IMG/VR virus record: IMGVR_UViG_3300009108_000010
Location: 1-59,571 of that record
Strand: one strand, 5' to 3'
From: a virus
Taxonomy: Duplodnaviria; Caudoviricetes
DNA: 59,571 bases
Shown: piece after piece, positions 11,158-20,769 of the stretch
How positions within the stretch are numbered: the stretch's first letter is position 1
Layout: each line of letters starts with the position of its first letter
Notes under the pieces: generated by a model
Told to the model about the DNA's origin: nothing
Seen by the model: only the letters and a program-made list of their open reading frames with translations
Databases searched by the model: none
Translations under genes and position numbers: made by a program

Positions 11158-11728
11158 AGTAGAATATCAAGGTATTAAGATAAAAGGTGGTAGATTATTT
11201 TTAATTTTCCCACTACTCGCAACTTTAGGTGGTGCTATATGGGCAGGATTTGAGGGATATGCTAGGTGGGTTGCTATGGAGGATAAGATAAATGGATATG
11301 TTGCTCCTGATCTTTCTGGTTTTAATTTAAAACTAGATGTATTAGAAGAAAGAATAATATCTTTAGAAGATAATATGAGTACAGAATTACGTACTGTAAA
11401 AGAACTTGTAGGTGCAGCACAAGATGATGCACGAACTATACGTATAGATTTAAGAAAAGATATTAATGAAGTACAAGATCAAGTTGCTGGAGTTGATAGA
11501 CGTTCTCGTAATATGGATCAAGAAGTAAGAACTTCTCTTAGACAAACTGAAACAGATTTAAGAACTATGATTGACCATGCAAGTGACAGATTTGATTCTA
11601 AACGTACAGCAATCGAGTCTGATGCACAACGAAGAATAGAACTAATAGATAGTAAACTATCAGAATTAGAATCAAAGTTACGTGAGATGTTACAACGAGC
11701 TTTAGATAATCCTTTAGCTGGTCAATAA
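11150..11728 (+). CDS. Membrane-anchored coiled-coil protein
   Basis: N-terminal TM segment then long heptad region. Confidence 0.65.
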   Translation: MSEVEYQGIKIKGGRLFLIFPLLATLGGAIWAGFEGYARWVAMEDKINGYVAPDLSGFNLKLDVLEERIISLEDNMSTELRTVKELVGAAQDDARTIRIDLRKDINEVQDQVAGVDRRSRNMDQEVRTSLRQTETDLRTMIDHASDRFDSKRTAIESDAQRRIELIDSKLSELESKLREMLQRALDNPLAGQ

Positions 11729-12145
11729 TTAAAACCCACATTTCTTAACAAATTCCATAACCTTTTTCTTACCTAATATCTTTAGAGTATCAACTATATT
11801 AGCTTCAAGACCTTCAGGTGACATATCAATTTCTTTGTCACTCTTAGCTCCTCTTACTCTTGATAATAATTCCAATGCTTTAATAGCACTATTTGTATGT
11901 CCATTGTTTTTAGCATAGGTATACTGTGTTTCTATTTCAGATATAACATCTACATTTGTCTCAAGATTATTTTCTAATTCTTCTATACGTTCTTTAACTT
12001 CATCATTATGAATAAGTCTATGCCCTTGATTAGCTAAAGCTTGTCCTGAATTTGCTGTATATCCTGCAGCTTTCGCAGCTTCTTTAGCATTCCTATGTAG
12101 AATATATGCTTGAGCAAAGCGTTCTTGTTTTTCGTTTAATGCCAT
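11729..12145 (-). CDS. terS: Terminase small subunit
   Basis: LNEKQERFAQAY...NAKEAAKAAGY...RL HTH signature of the Terminase_2 family and C-terminal AIKALELL. Confidence 0.8.
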   Translation of the reverse strand: MALNEKQERFAQAYILHRNAKEAAKAAGYTANSGQALANQGHRLIHNDEVKERIEELENNLETNVDVISEIETQYTYAKNNGHTNSAIKALELLSRVRGAKSDKEIDMSPEGLEANIVDTLKILGKKKVMEFVKKCGF

Positions 12146-12220
12146 TAATTAACTATCCAATGAAATAAACCTGCAACAAGACCTGTTATAACAGCATAAT
12201 AAAAAGCAACAACAAAGACA

Positions 12221-12562
12221 TTAGAGTTCTTTTCCTTTTTCTTGTTGCCACCTAAGATCGTTTTGATCTGGCGTGTGAAGTTTTGGATCAACATTAGGTG
12301 TTATCCTCCAATCATTATCATCTTCAGGGTTTCTATGCGTTGTATCACAACCTGCATATTTAATTACTATATCTTCAGGGTTATCTTTTTCAAAATCAAT
12401 AATCTTATCATAGTAAGGACCAACTTGAGTTTGAAAAGTATATATTAACATTTTTTGACATTGATCTGCACTTATATTTCTTGAATAAGGTGCACTCTCA
12501 AATGTAGTACACTCCCCATGAAAGCAAATGAGAAGCATAGCTACATGAAATATCTCAGGCAT
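12221..12562 (-). CDS. Hypothetical exported protein
   Basis: 113 aa, hydrophobic N-terminus, 4 Cys, coupled to neighbours. Confidence 0.55.
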   Translation of the reverse strand: MPEIFHVAMLLICFHGECTTFESAPYSRNISADQCQKMLIYTFQTQVGPYYDKIIDFEKDNPEDIVIKYAGCDTTHRNPEDDNDWRITPNVDPKLHTPDQNDLRWQQEKGKEL

Positions 12563-12693
12563 TATTCTGCTTGAGTAGTTATTGGTGCTGGTTCTGGTAA
12601 CATAACTTCTTCAGTTGTATGTTCTTGATATAGATACCACCCACCAAAAGCAAGTGCTCCTATAATTAGGATTGCTATTATATATTTTATCAT
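12562..12693 (-). CDS. Small membrane protein (43 aa, not in ORF track)
   Basis: MIKYIIAILIIGALAFGGWYLYQEH...; fills the gap with stop/start overlaps. Confidence 0.55.
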   Translation of the reverse strand: MIKYIIAILIIGALAFGGWYLYQEHTTEEVMLPEPAPITTQAE

Positions 12694-12833
12694 TTACATG
12701 TTCCTTTATCTGTACAAGCTTCAGTAGATTTTATAACAGTACTATCTTGTATGACTGTACTATCTACCTGACTTGAGTCAAGAGCACATGCTGAAAAAAA
12801 ACATGTACTAATTAATATTAATAAAAATCTCAT
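12690..12833 (-). CDS. Small lipoprotein (47 aa, not in ORF track)
   Basis: MRFLLILISTCFFSAC with lipobox-like FSAC; overlapping start and stop codons. Confidence 0.55.
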   Translation of the reverse strand: MRFLLILISTCFFSACALDSSQVDSTVIQDSTVIKSTEACTDKGTCK

Positions 12834-13219
12834 TAAAATTTAATCTCCTGTTCAAAGAATATAACTCCATCATCATCAGGATTCAATTCAAATTGATTTA
12901 AATCTTTACCAACCTGTCTATCCCAACCAATTCTAAAAGTATTACCACTTCTTTGTTTATATTTTCCAAACAGTCTTAGTTTGGATTTCTCATTCTCATC
13001 CATATCATACCAATATCTATACCCAAGAGACCAACCAGGAAGAGTACTTCGCATCTCTTCAGCAGATTCTGCGTCTTTAGGTTTTCCAAGCATAGAAAAT
13101 ATAATAAGTACTAAAATAATACCTATTAAGAATACCAAACCTTTAGACGAAGGTTTGCCCATAAGATTTTGAATAGTATTCTTGGTATGCTGAACAACTT
13201 TCTTTGTTTGTTTAGCCAT
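12833..13219 (-). CDS. Exported protein with OMP-like beta strands
   Basis: TM/signal segment, alternating aromatic strands, ends VIFFEQEIKF; SD aggag. Confidence 0.55.
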   Translation of the reverse strand: MAKQTKKVVQHTKNTIQNLMGKPSSKGLVFLIGIILVLIIFSMLGKPKDAESAEEMRSTLPGWSLGYRYWYDMDENEKSKLRLFGKYKQRSGNTFRIGWDRQVGKDLNQFELNPDDDGVIFFEQEIKF

Positions 13220-13316
13220 GTTATTTCTCCTTGTAAAGTTTTTTTAGCTGATAACCACAGCCATTCATCTTCATTATAAGGGAACATTTTTATTTTACTC
13301 CTTTCTATTTAAATGT

Positions 13317-14018
13317 TCATAGTACCTTTGGTTTTTTAATAGGATCTGTATTACGTTTAATACAAACTCCTTTTAAACTTTTTTCACCTTGATCTCCTGT
13401 TGTAGCTAAATAAATTTTTAAATGTTTAAAATCTCTCCATATATTTGCTAGTCTTTCTACCCATTCATTGTGACTAAAGAGAGATACATGAACATTTCTT
13501 CCTTTATGTTTTCCTTTTGGAAATGTCTTTAATGCTTTCATAGCACAGACATTTATAAATACAATTTTATTTGCATAACTTAATACTTCTCTTATCACCC
13601 AATCTAAATCATCTTCAGGTATATGTTCAAGAACATCAGTACATAATACTATATCATATTTTTTATTAGGTAATTTATCATGGTCAGGATAAGCAGGATC
13701 ATAAAGAAAAAATTCATCTATTCCCCATACATCTTGTATAGGTTTATCAAACTCTTTCCATTTATTTTTAGGATCAGCAGCTTTAAAATATTCTTTATGA
13801 TAAGGTATACCTTTACCACAACCATAATCAAATAATGTTTTACATTTATTTTCTTTTATAAGATCTTTAATAACAAGAATAAAAGGTACTAAACTTATAC
13901 CTTTAAATGCACCTGTATCATTATGCAAATCTTTATAAGCATCAAGTAATTCTATATACTCTTGAGAGGGTTCTGGTTTACGTGGTAATACATAATCAGT
14001 CATTAAATATTTCCTCAA
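13317..14018 (-). CDS. Class I SAM-dependent methyltransferase
   Basis: Motif I LFDYGCGKG, YDPAY, YDIVLCTDVLEHIP; start possibly 14003. Confidence 0.85.
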   Translation of the reverse strand: MRKYLMTDYVLPRKPEPSQEYIELLDAYKDLHNDTGAFKGISLVPFILVIKDLIKENKCKTLFDYGCGKGIPYHKEYFKAADPKNKWKEFDKPIQDVWGIDEFFLYDPAYPDHDKLPNKKYDIVLCTDVLEHIPEDDLDWVIREVLSYANKIVFINVCAMKALKTFPKGKHKGRNVHVSLFSHNEWVERLANIWRDFKHLKIYLATTGDQGEKSLKGVCIKRNTDPIKKPKVL

Positions 14019-16344
14019 AAGTTTTATGTTGTTTATTTTCTTGAGCTATTTCCCATAAAGAAGCTACTAATGTATTCTCTCCATGAAAAGTAAAATCCAT
14101 TTCCATTTTTTGATCAGCAAAAGTTCTTTCACAATCTTGAGCCATAGCTAATAGTTCTCCTGTTGTCCAATAACTTTTATCCTTTACACCTACTTGAAAA
14201 TACTTTGGTCTTGGTTCTTCATCTTCAGCACCAGTAGTTTCTTTTTTCATTTCTTTAGTAGGTTCTTCCATATTACAATCAAAACCAAATAAATCAAAAG
14301 CTCTAAAGCCCATAGTGTGCATGATACCTATGGTTCTCATAGCAGCACACGTACCACCTGTTATAAGAGTAGCTCCTAGTGGTATACCTAACTCTTCATT
14401 TACTTTAACTGCATTATTTTGTATACCTTTTTTCTGTTCTTCAGGGTCTCTTAATGATTCTGTAAATGCGTGCCATCCCCATATGTTTGCATCTTTTTCT
14501 TTTAGATATTTTGTAACAGAAGGATCAGTCATAGAAGCTACAAAGAATTTAGTTTTCGAATCAACCTCTTTAAATAAATCTTTTCTTACTATACCATGTG
14601 TACTTGTACCTGTAATAGGTCTAGGATCAAGAACAACACAAGCCCAAGGTTGTATTCCATGTTTTAATAAATTTAAATAAGAATGTTTAACACATACAAT
14701 CTTTGCTTCACCATCATACTTTTTAATAGTAGCTTTTAATTCATCATAGTTTGTATAAGGTCCTCCTGAAACTATAATAGCTCTACCTGAATGATAAAGA
14801 TATTTTCCTAACCATTTTTTCTCATCTATTAAAGTCATATTCTCTTTTATATTATTACGTATATAATCTTTTGATACACAATCTCTAGGATTAACTACAA
14901 TAGGTACATTTAAAAGAGATTTAGGAATGTTAGATAATTTTTTATCATTTAAAATAATAGCTAGATGTGTGTGACCACCACCACGAACTTTATCTGCTGA
15001 AGGTAATACCCATTGTCTAATACTTTTATTCTTTTCTTTTTTAAGTTGATCTAATACTTTATTTGCACCTTGAAATTCTTCAGGAGTTTGATTACCATCT
15101 TTATCTTCTAAAAAATAATGATCAATCATAACAATAGGATTGTGTTTTAAATGTTTGTAATCACTTGCTACTGTTTTAATACTATTGCCACCACCTATTA
15201 AAACAAAGTCAGCATTTAAATCAGTACGATCTTTTAATATATCTCTGGAATTACCTTTACCTATTTCAAATGTAAATACTTTTTTATCTTTCATCATCTT
15301 AGCTCTAAATTCTTGTAGTCTTTTTATTACTGCAGACTGAGTATTATGAGCTTTAACATTAAATTCTTCTATATCTGTTTCAGTAGTAGCATCTTCAAAT
15401 AAATCAAAACCTTTATAAACTATTTCATCATGGTGTTTGAAAGAAGTAAGAGCCATTTCAATAGCACGACCTGCATTCCATGTACCTACTTCGATAATTG
15501 ATTTAGGTTTATACTCCTCTATAATTTCTAAAATTTGTTTATATCTCGTGGGCATAATATCTGGACTTGTATCATCATCAGATAAATTAAATAATCTTCT
15601 ACCAGAACTATCTCTAACAGGTAACATAGTTATATCTTGAATACCTTTAAAGTGCATAACATAATCAGATATACCATTCAAAGATATAATCTTCATTCCA
15701 TGTGCTTTATAAATATTTAATAATCTTTCTGTTATAAATGCATCATGCCATTCTCTATAAGAAATTAATTCTCCTGAATTATAAGCACCTCTTAAATCAC
15801 CTAGTAAATCAAGAGCAGGTTTTTTATTTAAATTAAAAGCCATAAAAGATGTATCAAGATATTGTACATTATCATCTGTTGTTCTGATACCTGCATAAGC
15901 TACATCACAAGCTTCAGGTAGCATAGCAAGTATATCATCAGATACTAATCTTTTCTTAGCAAAAGAATCAGCATCAATCCATATTAACCAACCTGCTTCT
16001 TTATCTTTTTCTGCTAATTCAAAAGCATATTCTGTTAGAGCATATACTTTATGTGCCCATCTGATAACATCAAGTCTCCAATTATAAGCAACTTGTCCAT
16101 TCTCTGTACCATCATGTATTGAATTAGTTTCTTTAAAAGTTTTATAATCTTCTATATTATCTAATTGTTTATAAGAAATAGATTTATTTTTAGGAAGAGA
16201 ATAACTTTCTAATGAACAGTCATGTGTATAACATGCAAGATTTAAAGAAGGTTCCCAATGTTCACTAATTGATTTTAAAAAATGATGTCCAACATTCTTT
16301 AAAATATCTTCATTAAATGAAGTAACAAAATTTATTTTTGTCAT
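13996..16344 (-). CDS. Three-domain fusion: GT-A glycosyltransferase-like + Methyltransf_24-like + Maf/MptE-like (DUF115)
   Basis: LIWIDAD (DxD); IIEVGTWNAG...GFDLFE...LIGGGNS; AIIVSGGP...ITGGTCAAMR...MGFRAFDLFGFD. Confidence 0.75.
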   Translation of the reverse strand: MTKINFVTSFNEDILKNVGHHFLKSISEHWEPSLNLACYTHDCSLESYSLPKNKSISYKQLDNIEDYKTFKETNSIHDGTENGQVAYNWRLDVIRWAHKVYALTEYAFELAEKDKEAGWLIWIDADSFAKKRLVSDDILAMLPEACDVAYAGIRTTDDNVQYLDTSFMAFNLNKKPALDLLGDLRGAYNSGELISYREWHDAFITERLLNIYKAHGMKIISLNGISDYVMHFKGIQDITMLPVRDSSGRRLFNLSDDDTSPDIMPTRYKQILEIIEEYKPKSIIEVGTWNAGRAIEMALTSFKHHDEIVYKGFDLFEDATTETDIEEFNVKAHNTQSAVIKRLQEFRAKMMKDKKVFTFEIGKGNSRDILKDRTDLNADFVLIGGGNSIKTVASDYKHLKHNPIVMIDHYFLEDKDGNQTPEEFQGANKVLDQLKKEKNKSIRQWVLPSADKVRGGGHTHLAIILNDKKLSNIPKSLLNVPIVVNPRDCVSKDYIRNNIKENMTLIDEKKWLGKYLYHSGRAIIVSGGPYTNYDELKATIKKYDGEAKIVCVKHSYLNLLKHGIQPWACVVLDPRPITGTSTHGIVRKDLFKEVDSKTKFFVASMTDPSVTKYLKEKDANIWGWHAFTESLRDPEEQKKGIQNNAVKVNEELGIPLGATLITGGTCAAMRTIGIMHTMGFRAFDLFGFDCNMEEPTKEMKKETTGAEDEEPRPKYFQVGVKDKSYWTTGELLAMAQDCERTFADQKMEMDFTFHGENTLVASLWEIAQENKQHKTFEEIFND

Positions 16345-17129
16345 ATAACATAGTCCTTTGCTTCATCTAATAATCCATTCATCTGTAACCATCTGGCATC
16401 ATTAACCCATTCAATACCATACTTAGTATCTTGGTCTCTCTTTGGACCCCAATCTTTAAACCAAGGACCACCTGTTGTAAAGTGTACATTCTTTGCTTCT
16501 AACTTAACATCTGAATGTCCATCCAACCAATTCCATTCTTCAGGTATTCTACCTATATCTGCTTCTTTATCTGGTAGCCACTCAAATCCATGTAGCCATC
16601 TACCTGATTTAGTATTAACATCTTCAACTGTAAGTCTTTTATTTAAATCATGTCCACAATTAAACATCATAAGACTTGACCAGTTCTTTCTACGATAGGG
16701 TTCTTGTAATTTACCATCCATCTTTAAACCTTTTTTAGGTTCATACTTATGATGTACACACCACAAAGGATAATATTTATTATCACACATTTCAAATAAT
16801 TCAGATATATCTGTACGAACATACATATCACAATCCATAAATAATGCATATCCTTCATACATATTAAGAGCAGGTACTAAAAATCTAGTAAAAGAAAAGT
16901 CAGTTGAGAAAGGTCTTCCATCTATTATATCGTAAGGTTGACCTTGTAGTATCTCATGTTTTCTATTATATAAACCCATACGTTCTACAATAGGTTTCTT
17001 AATTGGTAAAACTCTAACAGGTTCCATTGATATTCGTTCTATTGAAAACTTTAGAACTTCGTAAGCAGCATATTCTCTAGGATCATATCCTATATAAACT
17101 GTATTTATACTTTTCTTTTTTTTACTCAT
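16341..17129 (-). CDS. Glycosyltransferase (GT8/Cdi-like nucleotide-diphospho-sugar transferase)
   Basis: VYIGYDPRE, STDFSFTRFLVP, FMDCDM, RKNWSSLM, EWNWL, HFTTGGPW. Confidence 0.85.
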   Translation of the reverse strand: MSKKKKSINTVYIGYDPREYAAYEVLKFSIERISMEPVRVLPIKKPIVERMGLYNRKHEILQGQPYDIIDGRPFSTDFSFTRFLVPALNMYEGYALFMDCDMYVRTDISELFEMCDNKYYPLWCVHHKYEPKKGLKMDGKLQEPYRRKNWSSLMMFNCGHDLNKRLTVEDVNTKSGRWLHGFEWLPDKEADIGRIPEEWNWLDGHSDVKLEAKNVHFTTGGPWFKDWGPKRDQDTKYGIEWVNDARWLQMNGLLDEAKDYVI

Positions 17130-17140
17130 AATATCTCCAT

Positions 17141-17173
17141 AAATAAGAGAGGATGTAATAAAACACCCTCTCT
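17141..17173 (-). terminator. Intrinsic terminator-like hairpin after hsp20
   Basis: Minus strand agagagggtgt-tttatt-acatcctctct followed by tattt. Confidence 0.55.
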
Positions 17174-17182
17174 AGTATTTTA

Positions 17183-17599
17183 TTACTGTATAGTAATGCT
17201 CTTTGGTTTTTGTTCTTCAGGTATATTATGTGTCAGACTAACAATCAATACACCATCTTCCATTCTAGCATCTTCAACTTCTATGTTTTCTGCTAGAGAA
17301 AATCTTTTATGAAAAGATCTTCGTGCTATATTCTTATGAAGATATTCTTCATTAGAATGTCGTTTATTAGAATCACCTTTAATAGTTAAGTATTGATCTT
17401 TAACCTCAAGATATAATTCATCTTTTTTAAAACCAGCAACTGCTAATTCTATAGTATATTTATCTTCTCCTGCTTTAACAATATCATAAGGTGGATAATC
17501 ATTACCAGCTAAGACATCATTATTTTGCAGAGCTACCATATGATCCATCAAATGATCAAATCCTATAGCATATCTATTTATGTTATGAAATAAACTCAT
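17183..17599 (-). CDS. hsp20: Small heat shock protein (Hsp20/IbpA-like)
   Basis: YPPYDI...IELAVAGF...YLHKNIARRSF...F.LA...A.MEDGVL.V.L...IPEE.KP..I.I. Confidence 0.95.
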   Translation of the reverse strand: MSLFHNINRYAIGFDHLMDHMVALQNNDVLAGNDYPPYDIVKAGEDKYTIELAVAGFKKDELYLEVKDQYLTIKGDSNKRHSNEEYLHKNIARRSFHKRFSLAENIEVEDARMEDGVLIVSLTHNIPEEQKPKSITIQ

Positions 17600-17656
17600 G
17601 CTTTTCTCCTTTCATTAAGCGAGTTATAGAATCCATAATTGGCATTCTATAGTGTA

Positions 17657-17685
17657 ATTATGACACACTTTATTATAAAAGTCAA
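17657..17685 (-). promoter_or_regulatory. sigma70-type promoter for hsp20
   Basis: TTGACT-17 bp-CATAAT with extended TG. Confidence 0.7.
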
Positions 17686-17815
17686 GAACTTTTTTCTTGT
17701 AAACCATATTTACTAAGTAAATAAACTTTATAATAATAAGCAAAACTTTGAGGATAATGTTTAGGATTTGGAAGTCCTACAATTTTAAACATTTCCTTCA
17801 TTTCTTTCCATTCTT

Positions 17816-17995
17816 CTATCGTGTACTTAATATGCAATGTACTTGAGCATCCTCTATATTATATACCTCTTTAATTTCTTTTAAGACCCTTGCTTTCTCT
17901 TGTATACATTCTTCTTCTGTATTATACTCTTCTATTTGTAATTGAGGATCACTATTAAAAGAAACAAGTATATACAACAACCAAATTGTTTTCAT
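17816..17995 (-). CDS. Hypothetical protein (59 aa, not in ORF track)
   Basis: MKTIWLLYILVSFNSDPQ...; TAATG coupling with the RNR stop. Confidence 0.5.
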   Translation of the reverse strand: MKTIWLLYILVSFNSDPQLQIEEYNTEEECIQEKARVLKEIKEVYNIEDAQVHCILSTR

Positions 17996-19920
17996 TATAT
18001 ATCTACCAACTCACATACACCTGCAGTACAGGCAAGTTGTTGTGATCCTTTTGTATTATCACCTGTTTCAAAGTCTTGAAGTAAATTCCAATTTATTTTC
18101 GTTGGCATCTTCTTCATTAAACTATTATATTTTCTTTGAGTAATATCCTGATAAGGTGCTTGTTGATATGTATGATCAGAATGTGGTAAAAAAGATACAC
18201 CACTTAAATATTTAAAATTATTCCAACACCATGCACCCACAGGAACCCACTCTTCTTCTTTAACACTAATAGTTACAGAAGGTTTATGTTCACACCAATG
18301 TTCAGCATAAGTTCTCCATAGTTTTAATTGTTGAATAGCAGTCATATCATTACGACATACAGAACCTTTAGGAGCCATCATAGGAAAAGAAAATACAGTT
18401 GTATGTTCTGGTTTAAGATAATCAGGTTCATTGGGTATGCCAGATTCCCTCATAAATTGTGTAAGAGGATCTTTATTATCTCCTCGAACTGTTCTAAGAT
18501 AATAAGGATTATGTCTTGCATGTATACCACTAGCACTATCAACTAATTGACTAACAGTACCTGAAGGTTTAACACAAGTAATAGCAGTTGACTGAGGTAT
18601 ACCAAATTTATCTGACCATTCTTTATTTGTTTTAACAGCTACTTTTCTAAGAGTTTGTAATGTACTTTCTAATCCTGTTTCAGTTCCATTTAATACAGAA
18701 CTATCCATAATACCTGTAAGAGATACACCTAATAATCTTTCTTCTTCTGTATTATCAATCCATCTCTTCCTTAAATAACCAAAGTTTGTAAAGGTAGATT
18801 GTATTGTACCTAGTATGGTAGCTATTTTTATTTTATTTTTTAATGTATCTAGTGTATCTGTAGAACGACATACAACTTCAGTTAGATTACAGAATTGATT
18901 TGGTCTTAGTATAATTTCACTACAAGGATTAGTTCCAAAAGCTGCATCAGCATTTCTTCTACCATTTTGTTTTGCTTTTTCTTGAGCAGATGCTCTATTA
19001 AATATTCCACGTTCACCTGATTTACTTTCATATAAAGACAACCATTCTTTCATAAAAGTTCCTGTATCAGGTTGACCATCATAAACAGCAGAATTATTTG
19101 CTAATGCTCTCTCAGGATTTATGTTCCACCACTCTCCTTTTTTAGCTACTCTCATTCTATCATCAGATAAATTAGACAAAGATATTAATGCTGACCTTCT
19201 AACACCACCAACTACTACAACTTCTCCTGTCTTACAAGCTATATCATGGCACTCTAAACTGGTAAGCTTTCTACCTTTAGCATTTTTAAATTTATTAATA
19301 GTAAAATCAAATAAGTCTACTAAAGGTTGAGGACCACTTGCTCTACCACCAAATGTTTTTAATCTTGCACCTGCAGATCTTACTTTTGATACACTTATCT
19401 TAGGAATACGACAAGTATAAAGATATGATATTAAATCTCTAAATGCTCTAGCCCATCCTTCTTTAGAGTCAGCAACAGATATAACATCATCTGTATGTTC
19501 AAATTCTCTATCAGGTATAGTAGGTAAACCATTTATATATGGTCGTTCAACAGAAAATCCTACACCTGTTCCATTCATAAGAACATATAAAACTTCATCA
19601 AATGCTTTAGGACTATCAATAGGAATATAAGAACAATTATATCCTGCTATATGTTCTCTCTCTAATGCTTTACCTGAAGTCATTAAAGCTCTCATACTAG
19701 GCATAACATCTAAAGATAATATGGATTCTTCAAGCATATTCCATGCACTAGCATTTACCTTTGCTTCAATATTATTTTCAATATGATTTCTAAAAAATGT
19801 TATTAATCTATTAACAGTTTCTACCCACGTTTCTCTTCTTCTTTCTTCTTCTAACCATCTTGAGTATCTTGATAGATGTATAAATGATTGATATTCAGTA
19901 GGTAAATAATTATTTGCCAT
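17995..19920 (-). CDS. nrdJ: Class II (B12-dependent) ribonucleotide reductase
   Basis: MPSMR, YNCSY, GTGVGFS, VVGGVRRSA, GTNPCSEI, CNLTEV, TCVKPSGT, C-terminal CTAGVC; no beta-subunit gene present. Confidence 0.93.
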   Translation of the reverse strand: MANNYLPTEYQSFIHLSRYSRWLEEERRRETWVETVNRLITFFRNHIENNIEAKVNASAWNMLEESILSLDVMPSMRALMTSGKALEREHIAGYNCSYIPIDSPKAFDEVLYVLMNGTGVGFSVERPYINGLPTIPDREFEHTDDVISVADSKEGWARAFRDLISYLYTCRIPKISVSKVRSAGARLKTFGGRASGPQPLVDLFDFTINKFKNAKGRKLTSLECHDIACKTGEVVVVGGVRRSALISLSNLSDDRMRVAKKGEWWNINPERALANNSAVYDGQPDTGTFMKEWLSLYESKSGERGIFNRASAQEKAKQNGRRNADAAFGTNPCSEIILRPNQFCNLTEVVCRSTDTLDTLKNKIKIATILGTIQSTFTNFGYLRKRWIDNTEEERLLGVSLTGIMDSSVLNGTETGLESTLQTLRKVAVKTNKEWSDKFGIPQSTAITCVKPSGTVSQLVDSASGIHARHNPYYLRTVRGDNKDPLTQFMRESGIPNEPDYLKPEHTTVFSFPMMAPKGSVCRNDMTAIQQLKLWRTYAEHWCEHKPSVTISVKEEEWVPVGAWCWNNFKYLSGVSFLPHSDHTYQQAPYQDITQRKYNSLMKKMPTKINWNLLQDFETGDNTKGSQQLACTAGVCELVDI

Positions 19921-20240
19921 TATCTTTCATCTCCATATTTCTTTTCAATTAATAGTTGTGCATAGTGAATTACTTTTTCTAAATCTTTTTTACCTTCACC
20001 TTTTTTCTTATGTCTGGTAGTATATTTTATTATATTACCTTCACAAAATCCAAAGTTATTTGCCATGATAAAATCAATGGGTTGTATAGCACAATCTTTG
20101 TAATGACTACCACCTATCTGTTGATTACTTGCTAATACTTTTTCTTCTGCAATCATTTGTTCTTCAGCATTTTTTCTTTTCATATAATCTCTATGTCTCT
20201 CATTTTTTATCGAGAACTCTTTTAATTTTTTGTCTGACAT
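19920..20240 (-). CDS. DUF3310 family protein
   Basis: QIGGSHY...IQPIDFI...FCEGNIIKY..R...K....DLEK..HY. Confidence 0.85.
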   Translation of the reverse strand: MSDKKLKEFSIKNERHRDYMKRKNAEEQMIAEEKVLASNQQIGGSHYKDCAIQPIDFIMANNFGFCEGNIIKYTTRHKKKGEGKKDLEKVIHYAQLLIEKKYGDER

Positions 20241-20535
20241 ATCCTATCTCCTTTGAATGAATTACTTTATATGCAAAGCTTCTTGTATATTCAGGACTAA
20301 GACCTGCATTATAACATACATCCTCAAAATCATCACACGTTACACCTACACTACAGAAAAACCAGGCACGTGCTCGTTCTCTCTCAATACTTGTTTGAGG
20401 AGTTTCAACTTTACTCTTTGTTTTAGTAGCATCTAACAATGCTTGTAGTATAACAGATAAAAATAAAACTCTTTCTGGTCGTTCCCCATTCTTAGAAGAT
20501 ACATCCAATGTTATACTGAAATAGTCTTGTTCCAT
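20200..20535 (-). CDS. Hypothetical phage protein
   Basis: 111 aa; LFLSVILQALLDA...ARAWF...DFEDVC. Confidence 0.65.
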   Translation of the reverse strand: MEQDYFSITLDVSSKNGERPERVLFLSVILQALLDATKTKSKVETPQTSIERERARAWFFCSVGVTCDDFEDVCYNAGLSPEYTRSFAYKVIHSKEIGYVRQKIKRVLDKK

Positions 20536-20538
20536 CTA

Positions 20539-20769
20539 TCATTTTTCTTTTGGACTTATCTCGTCTTGGAATGCATTTTGCAACATATAAATAGCTTCTT
20601 CATTTTCAGCAGCTATTTTTATTTGCTTAATAAATTCATCAATAACTTGGGGATGTTCTCCTATACCAACAGGATGTTCCAAGTATATACGTGCAGTAGA
20701 AATAGCTTTATCTCTTGTTGATTCAAACTCAGATAATGCTGATTCATACATTGACTTTTTTACTGACAT
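20539..20769 (-). CDS. Hypothetical phage protein
   Basis: 76 aa; YLEHPVGIGEHP motif; SD aggagg. Confidence 0.65.
   Translation of the reverse strand: MSVKKSMYESALSEFESTRDKAISTARIYLEHPVGIGEHPQVIDEFIKQIKIAAENEEAIYMLQNAFQDEISPKEK

Noticed and set aside
12145-12294. 49-aa minus-strand TM peptide overlapping 12221-12562
   Set aside because: Fills a gap but the start is weak and half overlaps another gene
13126-13287. 53-aa minus-strand ORF MFPYNEDEWLWLS... with a strong SD
   Set aside because: May be real but overlaps 12833-13219 for most of its length; insufficient support
13317-14018. DNA methyltransferase explaining the motif avoidance
   Set aside because: No DPPY/NPPY or PC catalytic motif; looks like a small-molecule or glycan methyltransferase
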